Source: a virus
Lineage: Duplodnaviria > Caudoviricetes
Length of the DNA: 58,187 nucleotides
Virus record (IMG/VR): IMGVR_UViG_3300021197_000536
Coordinates: 1 to 58,187 of that record
Strand: one strand, 5' to 3'
Shown in pieces: positions 43,949 through 53,329 of this stretch. The translations under genes and the position numbers were made by a program. The notes below the pieces were generated by a model. It was not told where the DNA came from, did no database searches, and saw nothing but the letters and a program-made list of their open reading frames with translations. How positions within the stretch are numbered: the first letter of the stretch is position 1; each line of letters begins with the position of its first letter.

Positions 43949-45910
43949 TTAATGCGTATCATACCACGTTTTTCCTATGTCATACGATCCTGGTGTTGGT
44001 ATCTTAAAGCCTAAGCTCTCACCAGTCTCTGTCATAGTAGTTGCTATAAGTTTACCTAGGTGTTCTGCCTCCTCTCTGGTTCCTATTACTTCAACTTGGT
44101 ATTCGTCATGAACAAAAGCAACCATCTTGAAGTTGATACCCTCTGCCCTAGCCTTTTCATGGAAGTTAAGCAGTGTGTATTTCATCAGGATAGATTCACC
44201 AGACTGGAGGATACCAGCTAGTGTCTTATGTTCGTTGGGCACTTTAACCTTGCGGCCATCGTACCCTGTAAAGTACCCTTTATCTGCGATGTAGGGTACC
44301 ATACGTCTCTTCAACGGTGCTAAGCCATCGATACTCTGCTCAAACCGTTTCATAGCAGCAGCGGCCTCTCTGACACCAACACCCATGATGCTGGCTGTCT
44401 TTGCTACACCGGCCCCTAGTAACCATCCGTAGATGAAAGTCTTGGCCATATCCCGTGTAGCGTGAGGCACCCCTAGTGCCTTCTTGTTCATGTTGTGGAT
44501 GTCGGTCTCGTTCTCCTTCTTCCCTTCCATGATAGCTCTAGCATACATATCTGCGTCAAAGTGACGCCACATGTAGTCAGCTAACACCCTTAACTGGATA
44601 CCGTCAGCGTCACAGCCTACTAGGTAGCTGCCCTTTGGTACTGTCCAACACTGCCTCAGTTGGTGGTCATACTTGGCCTTGATGACCTCAACTGCGTTAC
44701 TAGGCTCACCGTGAAAGGGTGAAGCGATGTTAGCGGTGTTAGGGTTGTTGTGAGCGCAGCGCCCTGTCCAAGCTCCTACGTTGTTGATAGTACCGTGTAT
44801 GCGATGATCATCACACACTTGGTTAATCCACTCTACAAGAGAGCTTCTTCGTCCCTCTAGGGTAAGCCACTGTGCTAGTGCCTTAGCGCCCTGTGCGGCT
44901 GTCTCAGGGAGTGTGGAGAGGTTGTCTTCCGACACCGTGTACCCGTACTTCTCTAAGTCTGCCTTCTTAGCATCGTAGAACTCCTGATCCATCTTAGGTA
45001 TCTTCTTACCGTAAGGATCACCAACAGATAGCCTGTTGAAGTTCATGTGTGTCTTAGTCTTCTCGAAGGGTTTCCAACCGGCTTCCCAGAGAACGTCGAC
45101 ACGGTCCCGGGATGCCCCGGGGTTGAAGCTAACGAAGTCGTAGCAGACTAGATCGTCACCGTCACGCTGAGTCATAGCGTACTTCTCTTTGGCCTTCACA
45201 ACGCTAGAGTAAGGTGTACCATCTTGCTTCTCACGGTACTTGATAGTGTTGACAGGTAAGAGTTTAGGTGGGAAGTCCTGATGGAACAGCTCCTCCAGTT
45301 CGTCCTTCTCCTTGAGCACACTGTCGAGTAGGCTCTGAGCTAAGTCCTTGTTGAAGTGGAAGCCATGATACTTAGTGCGTACCAGTTCGATCTGTAGGTC
45401 ATGCTCAGTACGCATAGCTGTAGCCCAGTCAGGGTCGAAGATCACAGACCTGAAGTGGTTGAACAAGGCCTCAGTAGTATCGAGGTCTCCTCTCCAGTAC
45501 TCGATCATCTCATCATTAAGTTGTGAGAAGTTATCGTAGTCACCTTTGTGGACACCTAGGCGTAGTCCCCAGGACTTCAAGCTGTGCGGACCCTTGCCGC
45601 CCAGAGGTGTAAGCACGTCGTAGTCAACAGTCCTAGACACGATCAAGGTATCGATAACCTTACGCGGGTCTAGAGGTTTGTCTAACCACTTGTTGAGCAG
45701 AGGTAGATCGTACTGGATGAAGTTGTGACCAACCATCTTGTCCAGAGAATGATGCCACTCGGTAGCAGCCTTGCGAGCTACAGGGTCTTCGTGGATATTG
45801 AGGAAGGTGTGAACCTCACCCGTGTCTGCCATCTTGCCTCCGACGATCCAGCACTTATCAGGGTGCTCAATCGCATTCGTTTCGATGTCACAATATGCGA
45901 GTCTAGTCAA
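43949..45910 (-). CDS. polA: family A DNA polymerase with 3'-5' exonuclease
   Basis: DIETN, GHNFIQYD, TGR, DADGIQLR (motif A), AKTFIYG (B), VHDE (C); TTG start after GGAGGG. Confidence 0.95.
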   Translation of the reverse strand: MTRLAYCDIETNAIEHPDKCWIVGGKMADTGEVHTFLNIHEDPVARKAATEWHHSLDKMVGHNFIQYDLPLLNKWLDKPLDPRKVIDTLIVSRTVDYDVLTPLGGKGPHSLKSWGLRLGVHKGDYDNFSQLNDEMIEYWRGDLDTTEALFNHFRSVIFDPDWATAMRTEHDLQIELVRTKYHGFHFNKDLAQSLLDSVLKEKDELEELFHQDFPPKLLPVNTIKYREKQDGTPYSSVVKAKEKYAMTQRDGDDLVCYDFVSFNPGASRDRVDVLWEAGWKPFEKTKTHMNFNRLSVGDPYGKKIPKMDQEFYDAKKADLEKYGYTVSEDNLSTLPETAAQGAKALAQWLTLEGRRSSLVEWINQVCDDHRIHGTINNVGAWTGRCAHNNPNTANIASPFHGEPSNAVEVIKAKYDHQLRQCWTVPKGSYLVGCDADGIQLRVLADYMWRHFDADMYARAIMEGKKENETDIHNMNKKALGVPHATRDMAKTFIYGWLLGAGVAKTASIMGVGVREAAAAMKRFEQSIDGLAPLKRRMVPYIADKGYFTGYDGRKVKVPNEHKTLAGILQSGESILMKYTLLNFHEKARAEGINFKMVAFVHDEYQVEVIGTREEAEHLGKLIATTMTETGESLGFKIPTPGSYDIGKTWYDTH

Positions 45911-45911
45911 A

Positions 45912-46190
45912 TCACCCTCCTGTTTCAGCAACTAACAGCCGATGGTAGTCAATCAGCAGTATCTCCAGTTCGTCCCTTAGTCGTTCAAGTCCATCAGACC
46001 CTTCGCCATCCCGTAAGGCACTTGCTATCTGCTCCTCAGCGTATCGGATCTGGTGGGTTAGTTCGTCGAGTAGGCCGTATTCCACGTCCTCGTACTGATC
46101 TAACTCCTCGTCCTCTAGTGTGAAGCCATCCAGAAGGTCATCACTGAGGACCTCCAGCTTGTAGTCATCGCAGTCATAGTAGTTAGACAT
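45912..46190 (-). CDS. acidic hypothetical protein
   Basis: GGAGG RBS; very Asp/Glu-rich. Confidence 0.7.
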   Translation of the reverse strand: MSNYYDCDDYKLEVLSDDLLDGFTLEDEELDQYEDVEYGLLDELTHQIRYAEEQIASALRDGEGSDGLERLRDELEILLIDYHRLLVAETGG

Positions 46191-47772
46191 TGTAGGCTTC
46201 CTCCTTTAGGATTGTTGTAGCAGGGTCATAGATAATAGAACCGGCACTACCTAGGCGACTGAATGGGCGATTCTTATCGATCTTGAAGTGAGTAGTGTTA
46301 CGTACGTCCTCGTCTTCAGAGTCAACGTCACGCTCAAGGATCATACAGATGATTGCTTCTTCCTCTAACGATCCAGCGTACTTGGTCCTGCCGTCATCGT
46401 TAACTTGAGAGATGAAGATGACACCGATGTCCAACTCCTTAGCTAACTGAGCCATACGGGAGCCCACTGCTGTTAGCATCGAAGTAGCACCATCCGCGCC
46501 ACCCTGAGATAGGTAGGCTAGGCGCTGTACGTGGTCGATGAACACATAGTCAACACCGTAGACTGTAGCCGCCATCCGTACGTAGTCTAGGAGCTTCATA
46601 GGGTCATCGTGTGACCTAAGCTCGAACACCACTGTGCGATCATCAGCCATCTTCTGAGCAGCTGCAATGACCTGATCTTCTGATACACCGTTAGACGCTG
46701 CGTCCTCCTTTGTGCGCACATTGGTACCCATTCCGTAGGTAGCCATAGCACGGTAGGTGGTAGATCTCATCTCCTCCATATGCATAAGACCTATCTTAAC
46801 ATCAGGGTCATTGGCTAGGAGACCACACTCAAAGAAGCGAACCATCTCTGTCTTACCACCACCTCTTGGTGCCTTAACAAAGGTTAGGCCACCTTTGACT
46901 AGACCTCTGATCTTATCGTCTAGGCCGCTGTGTCCAGTTGGTACGTAGCTGTAAGGATTCTCCCTATTGATTGTCTCTTCGATATCGAGATCACCAATGT
47001 AGAAGTTGTCTGGACTAAACCGCTGAGGCTTCTTAGCTGCCCACATAAGGTCATCACCGTCCCCTTCCATCAGAAACTCGTTAGCGTCTTTATGCTTAGA
47101 CATAGCTACGAAGAAGAACTTATCAGGGAAGAGTTCGTACAGCTTCTCAGCTGCTGCCTTACCTGCTGCGTCCTGCTCACCTGCGTAGACGATCTCCTTG
47201 AAGGAGTTCATGTACTCGAAGTTCTTCTTGATGAAGCGCTCAGTGATCGTAGCACTGGGCAAGGATTTAACAGGGAAGGACTTACCTAGTATCTGGTATA
47301 AAGAGGCGCTATCAAACTCACCTTCAGTAATGTAGAGGCGGTTAGATGACCCTGCGTTGAAGTCAGGACCGAAGAGATCATCTAGGGAAGCACGCTCCTT
47401 CAACCAGAACTTCTTCTCATCGTACCCTCTATACTTAACATTGGTAGGCCACTTGAAGGCGTACCGTACTGGATCACCAGCTGCGTCTAGCTGTAGCTGG
47501 ATGCCAAACAACTGGCAGACGTCAGGGTCAATCCCTCGGATACCTTCGAAGGTACCTGATGCGATTTCACGTTGTGTCACGGGAGGTTTCCTTTCCTTAA
47601 GTGGGTAATCTGTTGGTGCCCAGTCGAATATCTTCATGTCACGCATACCAGCCATTGGGTATGAGCGGTTACAGGAGTGGCACTTACCAACCTGCTCGTC
47701 TTCCTCCCAGCTGAATGCATCAGAGGATGAGCAAGCTTCGTAAGGGCAGGGGACGTGAACTCTATTGCTCAT
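46183..47772 (-). CDS. primase-helicase (T7 gp4-like)
   Basis: Zn finger CPYEAC...CHSC, TOPRIM ITEGEFD/KDANE, Walker A APRGGGKT, IDH, KNR. Confidence 0.93.
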   Translation of the reverse strand: MSNRVHVPCPYEACSSSDAFSWEEDEQVGKCHSCNRSYPMAGMRDMKIFDWAPTDYPLKERKPPVTQREIASGTFEGIRGIDPDVCQLFGIQLQLDAAGDPVRYAFKWPTNVKYRGYDEKKFWLKERASLDDLFGPDFNAGSSNRLYITEGEFDSASLYQILGKSFPVKSLPSATITERFIKKNFEYMNSFKEIVYAGEQDAAGKAAAEKLYELFPDKFFFVAMSKHKDANEFLMEGDGDDLMWAAKKPQRFSPDNFYIGDLDIEETINRENPYSYVPTGHSGLDDKIRGLVKGGLTFVKAPRGGGKTEMVRFFECGLLANDPDVKIGLMHMEEMRSTTYRAMATYGMGTNVRTKEDAASNGVSEDQVIAAAQKMADDRTVVFELRSHDDPMKLLDYVRMAATVYGVDYVFIDHVQRLAYLSQGGADGATSMLTAVGSRMAQLAKELDIGVIFISQVNDDGRTKYAGSLEEEAIICMILERDVDSEDEDVRNTTHFKIDKNRPFSRLGSAGSIIYDPATTILKEEAYNV

Positions 47773-48002
47773 AGTAGTGATCTCCTCTGATAATAAGCAC
47801 CCTCTGACGAGTTCATTGAGTAAACTATATCTAACAGTTGCTGATAGCTTAACTCCAAGACCTGATTACGATCAGTGTCTGGGATAACCTGCGATATAAA
47901 GACAGACGTCTCATCAATGCAGACAATAACATCATCGTAAGCACCACCTTCATCCAGAGTAGTGATGACTGTGCAGTCTTGTTCCATTTCAACGGTATAC
48001 AT
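47769..48002 (-). CDS. hypothetical protein
   Basis: ATG 48002 after AAGGA; own promoter upstream. Confidence 0.7.
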   Translation of the reverse strand: MYTVEMEQDCTVITTLDEGGAYDDVIVCIDETSVFISQVIPDTDRNQVLELSYQQLLDIVYSMNSSEGAYYQRRSLL

Positions 48003-48027
48003 ATCTGGTCCTTCTCTTGATCTGGGT

Positions 48028-48056
48028 AGTATACAATGAGAAAGGGCCCCGGTCAA
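48028..48056 (-). promoter_or_regulatory. promoter embedded in a terminator hairpin
   Basis: TTGACC-17 bp-TATACT on -; the -35 box sits in the loop of GGGCCC...GGGCCC. Confidence 0.7.
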
Positions 48057-48093
48057 GGGCCCTCTTTAGTTACTTCTAATTATAGGATCTTTA

Positions 48094-48792
48094 TTAATCG
48101 TCGTCTTGTCCTTCCATAAGTGCAACCCACGACACAGGAAACAACTTAGCCATCTTCTCACTGATCTGATTAGCTACAAGCCGTGACTCGTATTGTGTGT
48201 CACTGGCACAACGTAGGCGGCACATATCTGCAAAGGCATCCAGTGAACCTGACCAGTACCACTCAGTCATAGTAGACTGTGGCAGTACCATACGTGCTTG
48301 CTCAGGGGCTACTCCTTTATCTAATAGGAAGTTGTAGTATTCCTTGACTGCACCCATCTCCTCGTCTGGGGTATTCCACACCTGACTTTGCAGCATATAA
48401 CCCTCAACCACACCATCAGACCCCTGCTTCTTATCCTCACTACGTCCACGCCACACATCAGGTGTGTAGAACTCTGGTTCATCATCCACATACCGACGAC
48501 TGATCTCATTCCACCGTAGGAACTTATGTTTGACTAGCTGTCGTGCTACAAAGATGGGTGCCTTGACATGGAAGGATGCGAAGGCATGACCGAAAGGCGA
48601 TAGGTGCTTGTGCTTAGCTAAGTACTTGACCAGCTTGGTGTCACGTTCTGACAGTACGTTAGGCCCACCTACACGGCCTTCAAACTGGCTCTTCTTGCCG
48701 AAGCTTACTCGTGCGGCGTTCACTACTGACAAATCACTGCCCATTGAATCAATTAATGTTGCTTCAATCTGAGACCTTGCCTGTGTGCTCAT
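48094..48792 (-). CDS. thyX: flavin-dependent thymidylate synthase
   Basis: VVNAARVSF, HLSPF, RQLVKH...NEISRRY, PEQARMVLP. Confidence 0.95.
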   Translation of the reverse strand: MSTQARSQIEATLIDSMGSDLSVVNAARVSFGKKSQFEGRVGGPNVLSERDTKLVKYLAKHKHLSPFGHAFASFHVKAPIFVARQLVKHKFLRWNEISRRYVDDEPEFYTPDVWRGRSEDKKQGSDGVVEGYMLQSQVWNTPDEEMGAVKEYYNFLLDKGVAPEQARMVLPQSTMTEWYWSGSLDAFADMCRLRCASDTQYESRLVANQISEKMAKLFPVSWVALMEGQDDD

Positions 48793-48811
48793 TTGTCTTT
48801 TAAAGTCAGCT

Positions 48812-49009
48812 TTACTGTAGATCTTTAGCACTGCGGCTCTCCTTGACTTTAGGGGTTCCTAAGAGCAGTAGGAGTAGGATTGCAATGATGGGCGACAGCA
48901 CCACACCACAGACAGCCCAAGCCATTCCACTGCGGTTACGATTCTCTGCCATGTTGTAGATAAGCCATGCAAAGAGTGCAAACATTGTAATTACGAGTAA
49001 GATTTCCAT
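48812..49009 (-). CDS. small membrane protein (superinfection-immunity-like)
   Basis: TM - AENRNRSG.AW - TM pattern. Confidence 0.6.
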   Translation of the reverse strand: MEILLVITMFALFAWLIYNMAENRNRSGMAWAVCGVVLSPIIAILLLLLLGTPKVKESRSAKDLQ

Positions 49010-49078
49010 ATTACTAACCTTTCTAGGTCTTCTAGTTTAGAAGTGACCCCATGCTTACCACAGGGTCGCTTATGATCT

Positions 49079-49480
49079 TTACTTCTTACGGAGCTGGCAG
49101 TAACCAAGCCCTACCAGAACACGCTGGTAGTCTTTGGAGGTGCTGCACAGTGTGTAGATGGCCACACGACGTCGCTCACCCTTCATCTGAGTTACTTGGA
49201 CAATGGTACGGGCCATCTGCTCACTCAGGCACCACTCCACGGTACGTGAGTTAGAGAACCCTGCACCCAGAAGAGCTACGCCATTCACCTGTTGGCAAGG
49301 TGCAGTGTTGTTGCCTACACTCACAGAGGCACTGCTGGAGCCCTCTATGGTGAGGTTGTTCTGTGCCTGTCCTGTGCCGTGGGAGGTTGATGTTGTTGTA
49401 CCTGAGTGTGTAACGGAAGAAGCGAGAGCAGGAAGAGCTGCAACGCTCATGGTAACTGTGAGAAGAATAGTCTTGAGCAT
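49079..49480 (-). CDS. secreted protein with Cys residues
   Basis: Signal peptide ending LPALA|; AAGGAG RBS. Confidence 0.7.
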   Translation of the reverse strand: MLKTILLTVTMSVAALPALASSVTHSGTTTSTSHGTGQAQNNLTIEGSSSASVSVGNNTAPCQQVNGVALLGAGFSNSRTVEWCLSEQMARTIVQVTQMKGERRRVAIYTLCSTSKDYQRVLVGLGYCQLRKK

Positions 49481-49528
49481 TGTAGCTCTCCTTTAGTTGG
49501 TTTAGATGTCAGTCATAGTAGTCTGGGT

Positions 49529-49960
49529 TTACCAGTCGTTGTCGTTCATGTTGTGCTTGAACGTACCAGTGAAACCGACGGATGCAGAACCGTAAGTACC
49601 TACGAACTTCGTAATCTTACCGTTGCCTTGTGTTTGAGCATAGCCACTGCCGCTTGTGCGAGTAGTGAAGCCGCCTCCGCCGACTACGATTGCATGGCCA
49701 GATACGCCGGGGCCGCTAGTGTTAGCATTACCGTGCATCCCGAAGCCAACACCACCGACTCCATAAGCTGAGTTTCGAGCGTGTGCTTGACCAGAGACCT
49801 TACCTGGGCCTTTGCCTTCGATAGAGATGCCTGCTGCTGACTGGGATGTGATGTCGATAGCGAGCTTACCTTTGTTCAAGTTGATACCAGCTTGGTCAGC
49901 GGATGCTGCTGTTGCTGCCAAAAGAACGAGTGCTGCGGATACTGTTGTCAAAGTTTTCAT
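49529..49960 (-). CDS. secreted Gly-rich beta protein
   Basis: Signal peptide ending AASA|; alternating Gly/small residues. Confidence 0.7.
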   Translation of the reverse strand: MKTLTTVSAALVLLAATAASADQAGINLNKGKLAIDITSQSAAGISIEGKGPGKVSGQAHARNSAYGVGGVGFGMHGNANTSGPGVSGHAIVVGGGGFTTRTSGSGYAQTQGNGKITKFVGTYGSASVGFTGTFKHNMNDNDW

Positions 49961-50142
49961 ATTGTAGTCTTTCCTTAGATTGGGTTGGGTAGTTGAGCTG
50001 GCAGTGGGGTAGTTAGTCTTGTATTTTGTCTAGTACATTTAATAGCTCCTTTGTCTCCCAACATCTGTTGTTTGGATCTAGCATGTACCCTGCCCCGCAA
50101 TGGGCACAGATAAAACCTTTACCATTTCCTAGTCTCAAGATC

Positions 50143-50340
50143 TTACAGTCCATGTTCAAACTCATCTAGGACCTTGATTAGGGCTGATACCAAGGCGTAT
50201 GACTCTTTTACGTCACGGTGATCAACAGGCCACTCTGAGCGGCCAGCTATTACGTTAAGGTGATATGTGAGCTGGTCGTTCAGCTCTGCCACCACGATGT
50301 CAGTTACCACCTCGTAGGGTAGCTCTACTGTCTGTCCCAT
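50143..50340 (-). CDS. hypothetical protein
   Basis: ATG 50340 after GAGGA. Confidence 0.55.
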   Translation of the reverse strand: MGQTVELPYEVVTDIVVAELNDQLTYHLNVIAGRSEWPVDHRDVKESYALVSALIKVLDEFEHGL

Positions 50341-50578
50341 TATCTTTATCCTCTTTCTTAAGGTCATCTATTGTAGCTGCGTGGCGGTGAGTAGCCCAGT
50401 ACACCCAGCTGGTAAGGCAGTGCCCATTACCAAACAGAGCGTCAATAAGTGCTGCTACATTAGGCTTACCTTGTCGTCGCCACATATGGTTTCTAGCACT
50501 GAATGTCTGGTTACTCCTGCCGCCTAACAGTACACTAAAGAGAACACTTATAGCGACACATATTCTGAGTATATACAC
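50300..50578 (-). CDS. hypothetical membrane-associated protein
   Basis: SVLLGG..NQTFSAR...IDALF...HC motif seen in phage proteins. Confidence 0.6.
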   Translation of the reverse strand: MYILRICVAISVLFSVLLGGRSNQTFSARNHMWRRQGKPNVAALIDALFGNGHCLTSWVYWATHRHAATIDDLKKEDKDNGTDSRATLRGGN

Positions 50579-50582
50579 CGAC

Positions 50583-50765
50583 TTAGTCCTCTTGTTTAAA
50601 GGCTAGATTGAAGAGAGACGAACGGGCTTCATCGATCTTATCGAAGTAGTAGGCTACCTGATCACTACTAACAAGTTCTTTACCCATCTCCAGCTGGTAC
50701 ATCTTTGAATAGACTTCAAGGTCGTCCATCAGTTTAATGAAAGTTTGTACTTTGGTATATTCCAT
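50583..50765 (-). CDS. hypothetical protein
   Basis: ATG 50765 after AGGAG. Confidence 0.55.
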   Translation of the reverse strand: MEYTKVQTFIKLMDDLEVYSKMYQLEMGKELVSSDQVAYYFDKIDEARSSLFNLAFKQED

Positions 50766-50767
50766 GT

Positions 50768-50929
50768 CTACTCTCCTTTGTCTATTGCTTCTGACAAGAT
50801 CTCCACAAGATCGTTGTGTGACTCTACAACCTCTTCTAGAGTATGCGACACACCAGTCAGCACCCACTGCTGGTAGGCTGTGACGACCGAAAGGGCGATT
50901 ATGGCGATAGTCGCTGCATCTAAGTGCAT
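50768..50929 (-). CDS. small membrane-anchored protein
   Basis: ATG 50929 after AAGGAG; N-terminal TM. Confidence 0.55.
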   Translation of the reverse strand: MHLDAATIAIIALSVVTAYQQWVLTGVSHTLEEVVESHNDLVEILSEAIDKGE

Positions 50930-50939
50930 TGTTTTCTCC

Positions 50940-51098
50940 TTAATGTAAAGTTTGTGTTGGACGTTTAAGTAAGTATAACTCGTAGTCACCCTGTGTAAGG
51001 CCCTCTGATCGTATGAAAGACTGGAGTTGATGAATCTCTTTAAGTAGATACTTGATCATCTCCTCTACTTCCCAATCCTCCTCTTCCTCATCAGTCAT
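50940..51098 (-). CDS. hypothetical protein, 52 aa (not in ORF track)
   Basis: MTDEEEEDWEVEEMIKYYL...; AAGGAG RBS. Confidence 0.55.
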   Translation of the reverse strand: MTDEEEEDWEVEEMIKYLLKEIHQLQSFIRSEGLTQGDYELYLLKRPTQTLH

Positions 51099-51122
51099 AG
51101 TAGTTACTCCTTACCTTTAGTA

Positions 51123-51165
51123 GTACTCTAAGTATACTCTAAGTATAACCTTAAGTATTACTCTT
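51123..51165. repeat. tandem 11-bp TACTCTAAGTA repeats
   Basis: tactctaagta tactctaagta taaccttaagta. Confidence 0.85.
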
Positions 51166-51212
51166 CATCACTTTTCATTACTATTCTATTTTCTTAAAGG
51201 ACGACAAGTCGT

Positions 51213-51241
51213 ATTGTAACGATGTTTGTCGCACCTGTCAA
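51213..51241 (-). promoter_or_regulatory. sigma70-type promoter with GGTGCGACA box in the spacer
   Basis: TTGACA-17 bp-TACAAT on -. Confidence 0.75.
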
Positions 51242-51250
51242 GCTAATTCT

Positions 51251-51463
51251 TTAGTCTACATACCAAGAAGATACATGATCATGTTTGTCATACCCTCCAT
51301 CAACACCTTCATACCCCTCTGAGATAACCACTAGGTCACCCTCTAGGGATGAAGCATCGGCGTAGCTTACAGCGTTACTTAGAGTATCCTTTGCAGCAGA
51401 CTCCACTAGTGCCTTGCCTTGCATGATCTCAACGATGTACTTGAATCCGTCTGTCATTGTCAT
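51251..51463 (-). CDS. hypothetical protein
   Basis: GGAG RBS; coupled to the peptidase operon. Confidence 0.6.
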   Translation of the reverse strand: MTMTDGFKYIVEIMQGKALVESAAKDTLSNAVSYADASSLEGDLVVISEGYEGVDGGYDKHDHVSSWYVD

Positions 51464-51470
51464 TTCTCCA

Positions 51471-52445
51471 TTATGTGTAGTATTGATAGTTTATGCCACC
51501 TCGATAGTAGTCGATATCGCTGTAGCCCTCGCCTATTTCTTCGATTAGATCTTCGAGAGACAAGCCGTAGTCGTGTAGCATTTGAGCTATTGCCGTAGGT
51601 CGGTCAGCGACCAACCGTTCGATAGAAGCCAGTGCTGCCTCTTCCTCCTCATCCTCCGAGGGGTTAGAGTAGGAGCCCCACTGAGAATAGTTAAGTGTCT
51701 CAAGGTGGGTAGGGTCCCGAACTATCGCTAAGGCCTCCCAGCGAGCCTCTATGAGCCTCTCAAGCAGTATCTGAGCGTAGTGTAGGTCTTGAGATTCTCT
51801 TTTGGTGTGCTGGTCATAGTAGCCCACACTGATATTAGTGCATTCAGGTATAATCCCAGCGTACTCAACACTGTCAGTGTAGGTTCCCGTTGTGTCAGCC
51901 TTGAGAGGTAGGTCAAGGGCAACCGCCAGGCTTGATGCGAACTCGTCACTTGCTGTCCTGCGGCCACCTTGGTGTGTTATGATGCTTCCGGTACCGAACC
52001 TATCGAACGATATGACTGCATCGATCTCGTTAAGCCACGCAGGTCTATCTGCGACCAAGGCGGTGCTGCCGATACCTCCGATTTCCTCAGCTGCATGGGC
52101 TACATAGACCCCATCGACACCAGCTTCGATCATGCCAAGCATAAGCCACAACCCTGTAGTGCAATCAGCACCTAGGCAGCTACCTGTAGTTGTTGTTACA
52201 ATGTCTCCTTCTACTTGAAGTGTTTGAAAACCCTGCATACTGTGAACTGTATCAGTATGGGCCGTGAAGGCGATGTTAGGTCGATTGCCAATCACCTTCA
52301 CGTAGTTCCCATGCTCATCAGGTTCACCAAATACAGGCTCTAAGTACTTCTTACAGAACATACTCTCTGTATGGCTGTAAGCTGGCCTCATCCATTGAAG
52401 CAAATTCACCAATAAGTGTTTAGTAACCTTGCTACGTTTAGTCAT
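51471..52445 (-). CDS. M28/M20-family zinc peptidase-like protein
   Basis: AHTDTV, LGADCTTG, AEEIG, SFDR, YTDS, GYYDQHT. Confidence 0.85.
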   Translation of the reverse strand: MTKRSKVTKHLLVNLLQWMRPAYSHTESMFCKKYLEPVFGEPDEHGNYVKVIGNRPNIAFTAHTDTVHSMQGFQTLQVEGDIVTTTTGSCLGADCTTGLWLMLGMIEAGVDGVYVAHAAEEIGGIGSTALVADRPAWLNEIDAVISFDRFGTGSIITHQGGRRTASDEFASSLAVALDLPLKADTTGTYTDSVEYAGIIPECTNISVGYYDQHTKRESQDLHYAQILLERLIEARWEALAIVRDPTHLETLNYSQWGSYSNPSEDEEEEAALASIERLVADRPTAIAQMLHDYGLSLEDLIEEIGEGYSDIDYYRGGINYQYYT

Positions 52446-53007
52446 GTTTGTTTCCTTTTGACATGTTCTCTTTTGCTTCGAGAACTCTTAGGTTCCAAGG
52501 GACGTGTAACCCGCAGACGTTCTCACCTCTGAGTGGCACGATGTGATCGACGTGATGTTCAATACCAGTTTCAAGTGTTATGTTCTTACAGGTTATGTAG
52601 ATCCCCTTCATCTGATCTACCTGTGATTTGGTTAACCAACTCGGTGTAGCCTGTAACCTACTAGCTCGGTACACCGCATTTCTAGCGACCGCCTTAGCCA
52701 CAAAGTCAGGGTCAGCCTCCTTCAGGACTGCGTATGGTTTGTCATAGTACCTAGCCTTGTGGTAAGCCTTAGCCCTGTCAGTGTTGTCAGCATACCACTG
52801 TTTAGACTGAGCCCTGTGAGTATCAGCGTTATTTCGGCGGTACTCCTTCATCTTACTCAAGAGACGGTCACGATTGGCAGACCTCCACGCATCGTCACAC
52901 TGCTTCTTACAGACCTTGCAGGTAGATCGCAGACCATCGGCCTTACTCTTGTCCTTATGGAACATAGAGAGCGGGTGTGTTGTTCTACACTTATTGCACG
53001 TTTTCAT
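52438..53007 (-). CDS. HNH homing endonuclease with N-terminal Zn ribbon
   Basis: KTCNKC...CKVC; HHVDHIVPL...GLHVPWNL...EN..KGN. Confidence 0.92.
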   Translation of the reverse strand: MKTCNKCRTTHPLSMFHKDKSKADGLRSTCKVCKKQCDDAWRSANRDRLLSKMKEYRRNNADTHRAQSKQWYADNTDRAKAYHKARYYDKPYAVLKEADPDFVAKAVARNAVYRASRLQATPSWLTKSQVDQMKGIYITCKNITLETGIEHHVDHIVPLRGENVCGLHVPWNLRVLEAKENMSKGNKHD

Positions 53008-53024
53008 GGGGTGTCCTTTAAACT

Positions 53025-53136
53025 GAAAAGGGGCTACACAAGTCCGATACTGCCCGAAGGTGCGCGACTTGTATAACCCCTAGTATAGGCGACAAATAAG
53101 ACCTCGATACTTCCTAGTAAACTAGGTGCGCAGATC
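53025..53136 (-). ncRNA. structured leader with two hairpins sharing an identical internal loop
   Basis: GCGCA-[stem-loop]-(A/C)AGUAUCG twice; second hairpin has cUUCGg and is followed by UUUU. Confidence 0.6.
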
Positions 53137-53156
53137 ATACTTGAAGCTATCCTATA

Positions 53157-53185
53157 AGTATACTATAAGTATTACTTAATGTCAA
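53157..53185 (-). promoter_or_regulatory. sigma70-type promoter for the HNH gene
   Basis: TTGACA-17 bp-TATACT on -. Confidence 0.75.
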
Positions 53186-53329
53186 GTAATACCTCCTCTG
53201 AGGAGGAGAAGGAGAATACTTTAAGTATACTCTAAGTACCCTTATCTCTCTCTCTTGACAGTTATACCATACTAGCAAGTCAAAGTATATGTGACACGTT
53301 GTCGCACCCCATAAGGGTGTTCACATCAG

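Noticed and set aside
51121-51165. CRISPR array
   Set aside because: Repeats are 11-12 bp, directly adjacent, with no spacers
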